A stretch of 64,000 bases of DNA from Anaeramoeba ignava BMAN. Taxonomy: Eukaryota > Protista > Anaeramoebae. This document shows, piece by piece, positions 62,319 to 64,000 of this stretch (position 1 is its first letter; every line of letters starts with the position of its first letter). Where the stretch lies: positions 1 to 64,000 of the forward strand of contig JAPDFW010000115.1 in NCBI GenBank assembly GCA_028826165.1, written 5' to 3'. Below the pieces are notes generated by a model. It searched no databases. It saw nothing but the letters and a program-made list of their open reading frames with translations, and was not told where the DNA came from. Made by a program: the position numbers and the translations under genes.

Positions 62319-64000
62319 TTAATTATTTTCTTTTTTGTTTTTCTTAGATTTCCTAATCAAAATAACTAAAACAACAATAAGTGCAATCACAACAACTGGA
62401 ACAACAACAGAAAGTGAAATAACTTTATCTTTTGAAGAATCACTGGCTGTTTCAACAGGTGCTGGTAAAGTTGTAACTGATGTATATATTGGTAATCCTG
62501 ATAAATCAGATTCTTCACATCTCCAATCAGCTGATGCAAATATTGAAATTTGATAATATGTATCTCCAAGTAAATTAAAAACCGAATAACTTGTCATTGC
62601 TGCTGATAAACAAACATTTATTGAATTGTAACTTAATGAATATCCTTTTAATCCTGTTGATAATTCTAATGCTTCCCAATCACATTCAAATCCACAAATT
62701 GTTGCATTGCAATTAATTGAACTCATGTTTCCTAATTTAGGTGTTATTGAGACTGGTGAACTGGCTAATCCTAATGATTGTGTTTCACAACTTGAATCAG
62801 TACATCCTCGAATTGAAACAAGATATTCAACATTTCCTGCTAATGGTTTTATTGTTCCAATCATTTCATTTCCATTTGATTGAATTGTTGTGAAATTTTG
62901 CCAATTAATTCTGTTATCGATTGAAACTAAATAAGTTTCTGCTTGTGTTAATTTTGTAAATATTATCTCAATTTCTTCAATTTTAGAAATTGATTGATTA
63001 ATTGTTGGTGCTGATAATGGTAAAGTTTTAAGTGATAATGTTGAAGCTAATCCTGAATATTCATTATAATTACAATTTGAATCAGCTGATGCAAATATTG
63101 AAATTTCATAATTAGCTTTTCCAATTAAACTATCAAATGGATAATTTGTTGTTGATGGTGGTAAACAAATTGGTGTTGAATTGAAACTTAATGAATATCC
63201 TTTTAATCCTGTTGATAATTCTAATGCTTCCCAATCACAATCAAATCCACAAGATATTGGATTACAATTAAATGAACTTATGTTTCCTAATTTAGGTGTT
63301 ATTGGAATTGGTGAACTGGCTAATCCTAAATATCCACTTTTGCAATTTGTATCAGTACATCCTCGAATTGAAACAAGATATTCAACATTTCCTGCTAATG
63401 GACTTATTGTTCCAATCATTTCATTTCCATTTGATTGAATTGTTGTGAATTTTTGCCAATCAATTCCATTATTAATTGAAACTAAATAAGTTTTAGCTAA
63501 TGTTAATTTTGTAAATATAATCTCAATTTCTTCAATTTTGGAAATTGATTGATTAATTGTTGGTGCTGATAATGGTAAAGTTGTAAGTGATAATGTTGAA
63601 GCTAATCCTGAATATTCATTATAATTGCAATTTGAATCAGCTGATGCAAATATTGAAATTTCATAATTAGCTCCTCCAAATAATTTGTCAACTACTGAAT
63701 AACTTGTTGTTGATGGTGGTAAACAAATTGGTGTTGAATTGTAACTTAATGAATATCCTTTTAATCCTGTTGATAATTCTAATGCTTCCCAATCACAATC
63801 AAATCCACAAATTGTTGCATTGCAATTAAATGAGCTTATGTTTCCTAATTTAGGTGTTATTGAGACTGGTGAACTGGCTAATCCTAAATATTCACTTTCA
63901 CAATTTGGATCAGTACATGTTTTAATTGAAACAATATATTTAACATTTCCTGCTAATGGACTTATTGTTCCAATCATTTCATTTCCATTTGATTGAATTG
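62319..64000 (-). CDS. Cys-containing fibronectin-III repeat type-I membrane protein, 3' part (5' end outside the window)
   Basis: ~186-aa tandem units (PLAGNVxY.VSI..C; DWEALELSTGLKGYSLSY..YEISIFAS), TM VISLSVVVPVVVIALIVVLVILI, short basic tail. Confidence 0.85.
   Translation of the reverse strand, partial: IQSNGNEMIGTISPLAGNVKYIVSIKTCTDPNCESEYLGLASSPVSITPKLGNISSFNCNATICGFDCDWEALELSTGLKGYSLSYNSTPICLPPSTTSYSVVDKLFGGANYEISIFASADSNCNYNEYSGLASTLSLTTLPLSAPTINQSISKIEEIEIIFTKLTLAKTYLVSINNGIDWQKFTTIQSNGNEMIGTISPLAGNVEYLVSIRGCTDTNCKSGYLGLASSPIPITPKLGNISSFNCNPISCGFDCDWEALELSTGLKGYSLSFNSTPICLPPSTTNYPFDSLIGKANYEISIFASADSNCNYNEYSGLASTLSLKTLPLSAPTINQSISKIEEIEIIFTKLTQAETYLVSIDNRINWQNFTTIQSNGNEMIGTIKPLAGNVEYLVSIRGCTDSSCETQSLGLASSPVSITPKLGNMSSINCNATICGFECDWEALELSTGLKGYSLSYNSINVCLSAAMTSYSVFNLLGDTYYQISIFASADWRCEESDLSGLPIYTSVTTLPAPVETASDSSKDKVISLSVVVPVVVIALIVVLVILIRKSKKNKKENN

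Overview
Very AT-rich, gene-dense eukaryotic (protist) genomic DNA with GT-AG spliceosomal introns and standard genetic code. Intergenic regions and long introns are filled with AATTTT-type microsatellites. The RCC1-BTB / ankyrin-BTB / BTB-BACK-TLDc expansions and the composition resemble Anaeramoeba-like metamonads (inference only). The window holds the 5' part of an RNF213-like AAA+ E3 gene, nine RCC1-BTB paralogs, and core genes (WDR13, double-HMG box, SNRNP25, TFIIF-alpha, TFIIA-alpha/beta, ASCC1-like). It also holds an endosulfine-like gene, a PH protein, a countin-like saposin, a PSI-TM protein, an LRR protein, a divergent actin with an in-frame TGA at a conserved Trp, and an FN3-repeat membrane protein. 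The main finding is a 6-exon gene (46274-52869, minus strand, ~1578 aa). It encodes a signal-peptide-less alpha-2-macroglobulin/thioester protein (GCFEQ) whose bait region is occupied in frame by an essentially complete ESCRT-III Snf7/CHMP4 protein, a candidate integrated decoy or ESCRT-targeted intracellular protease trap. All family calls come from motif recognition by eye, not database searches.
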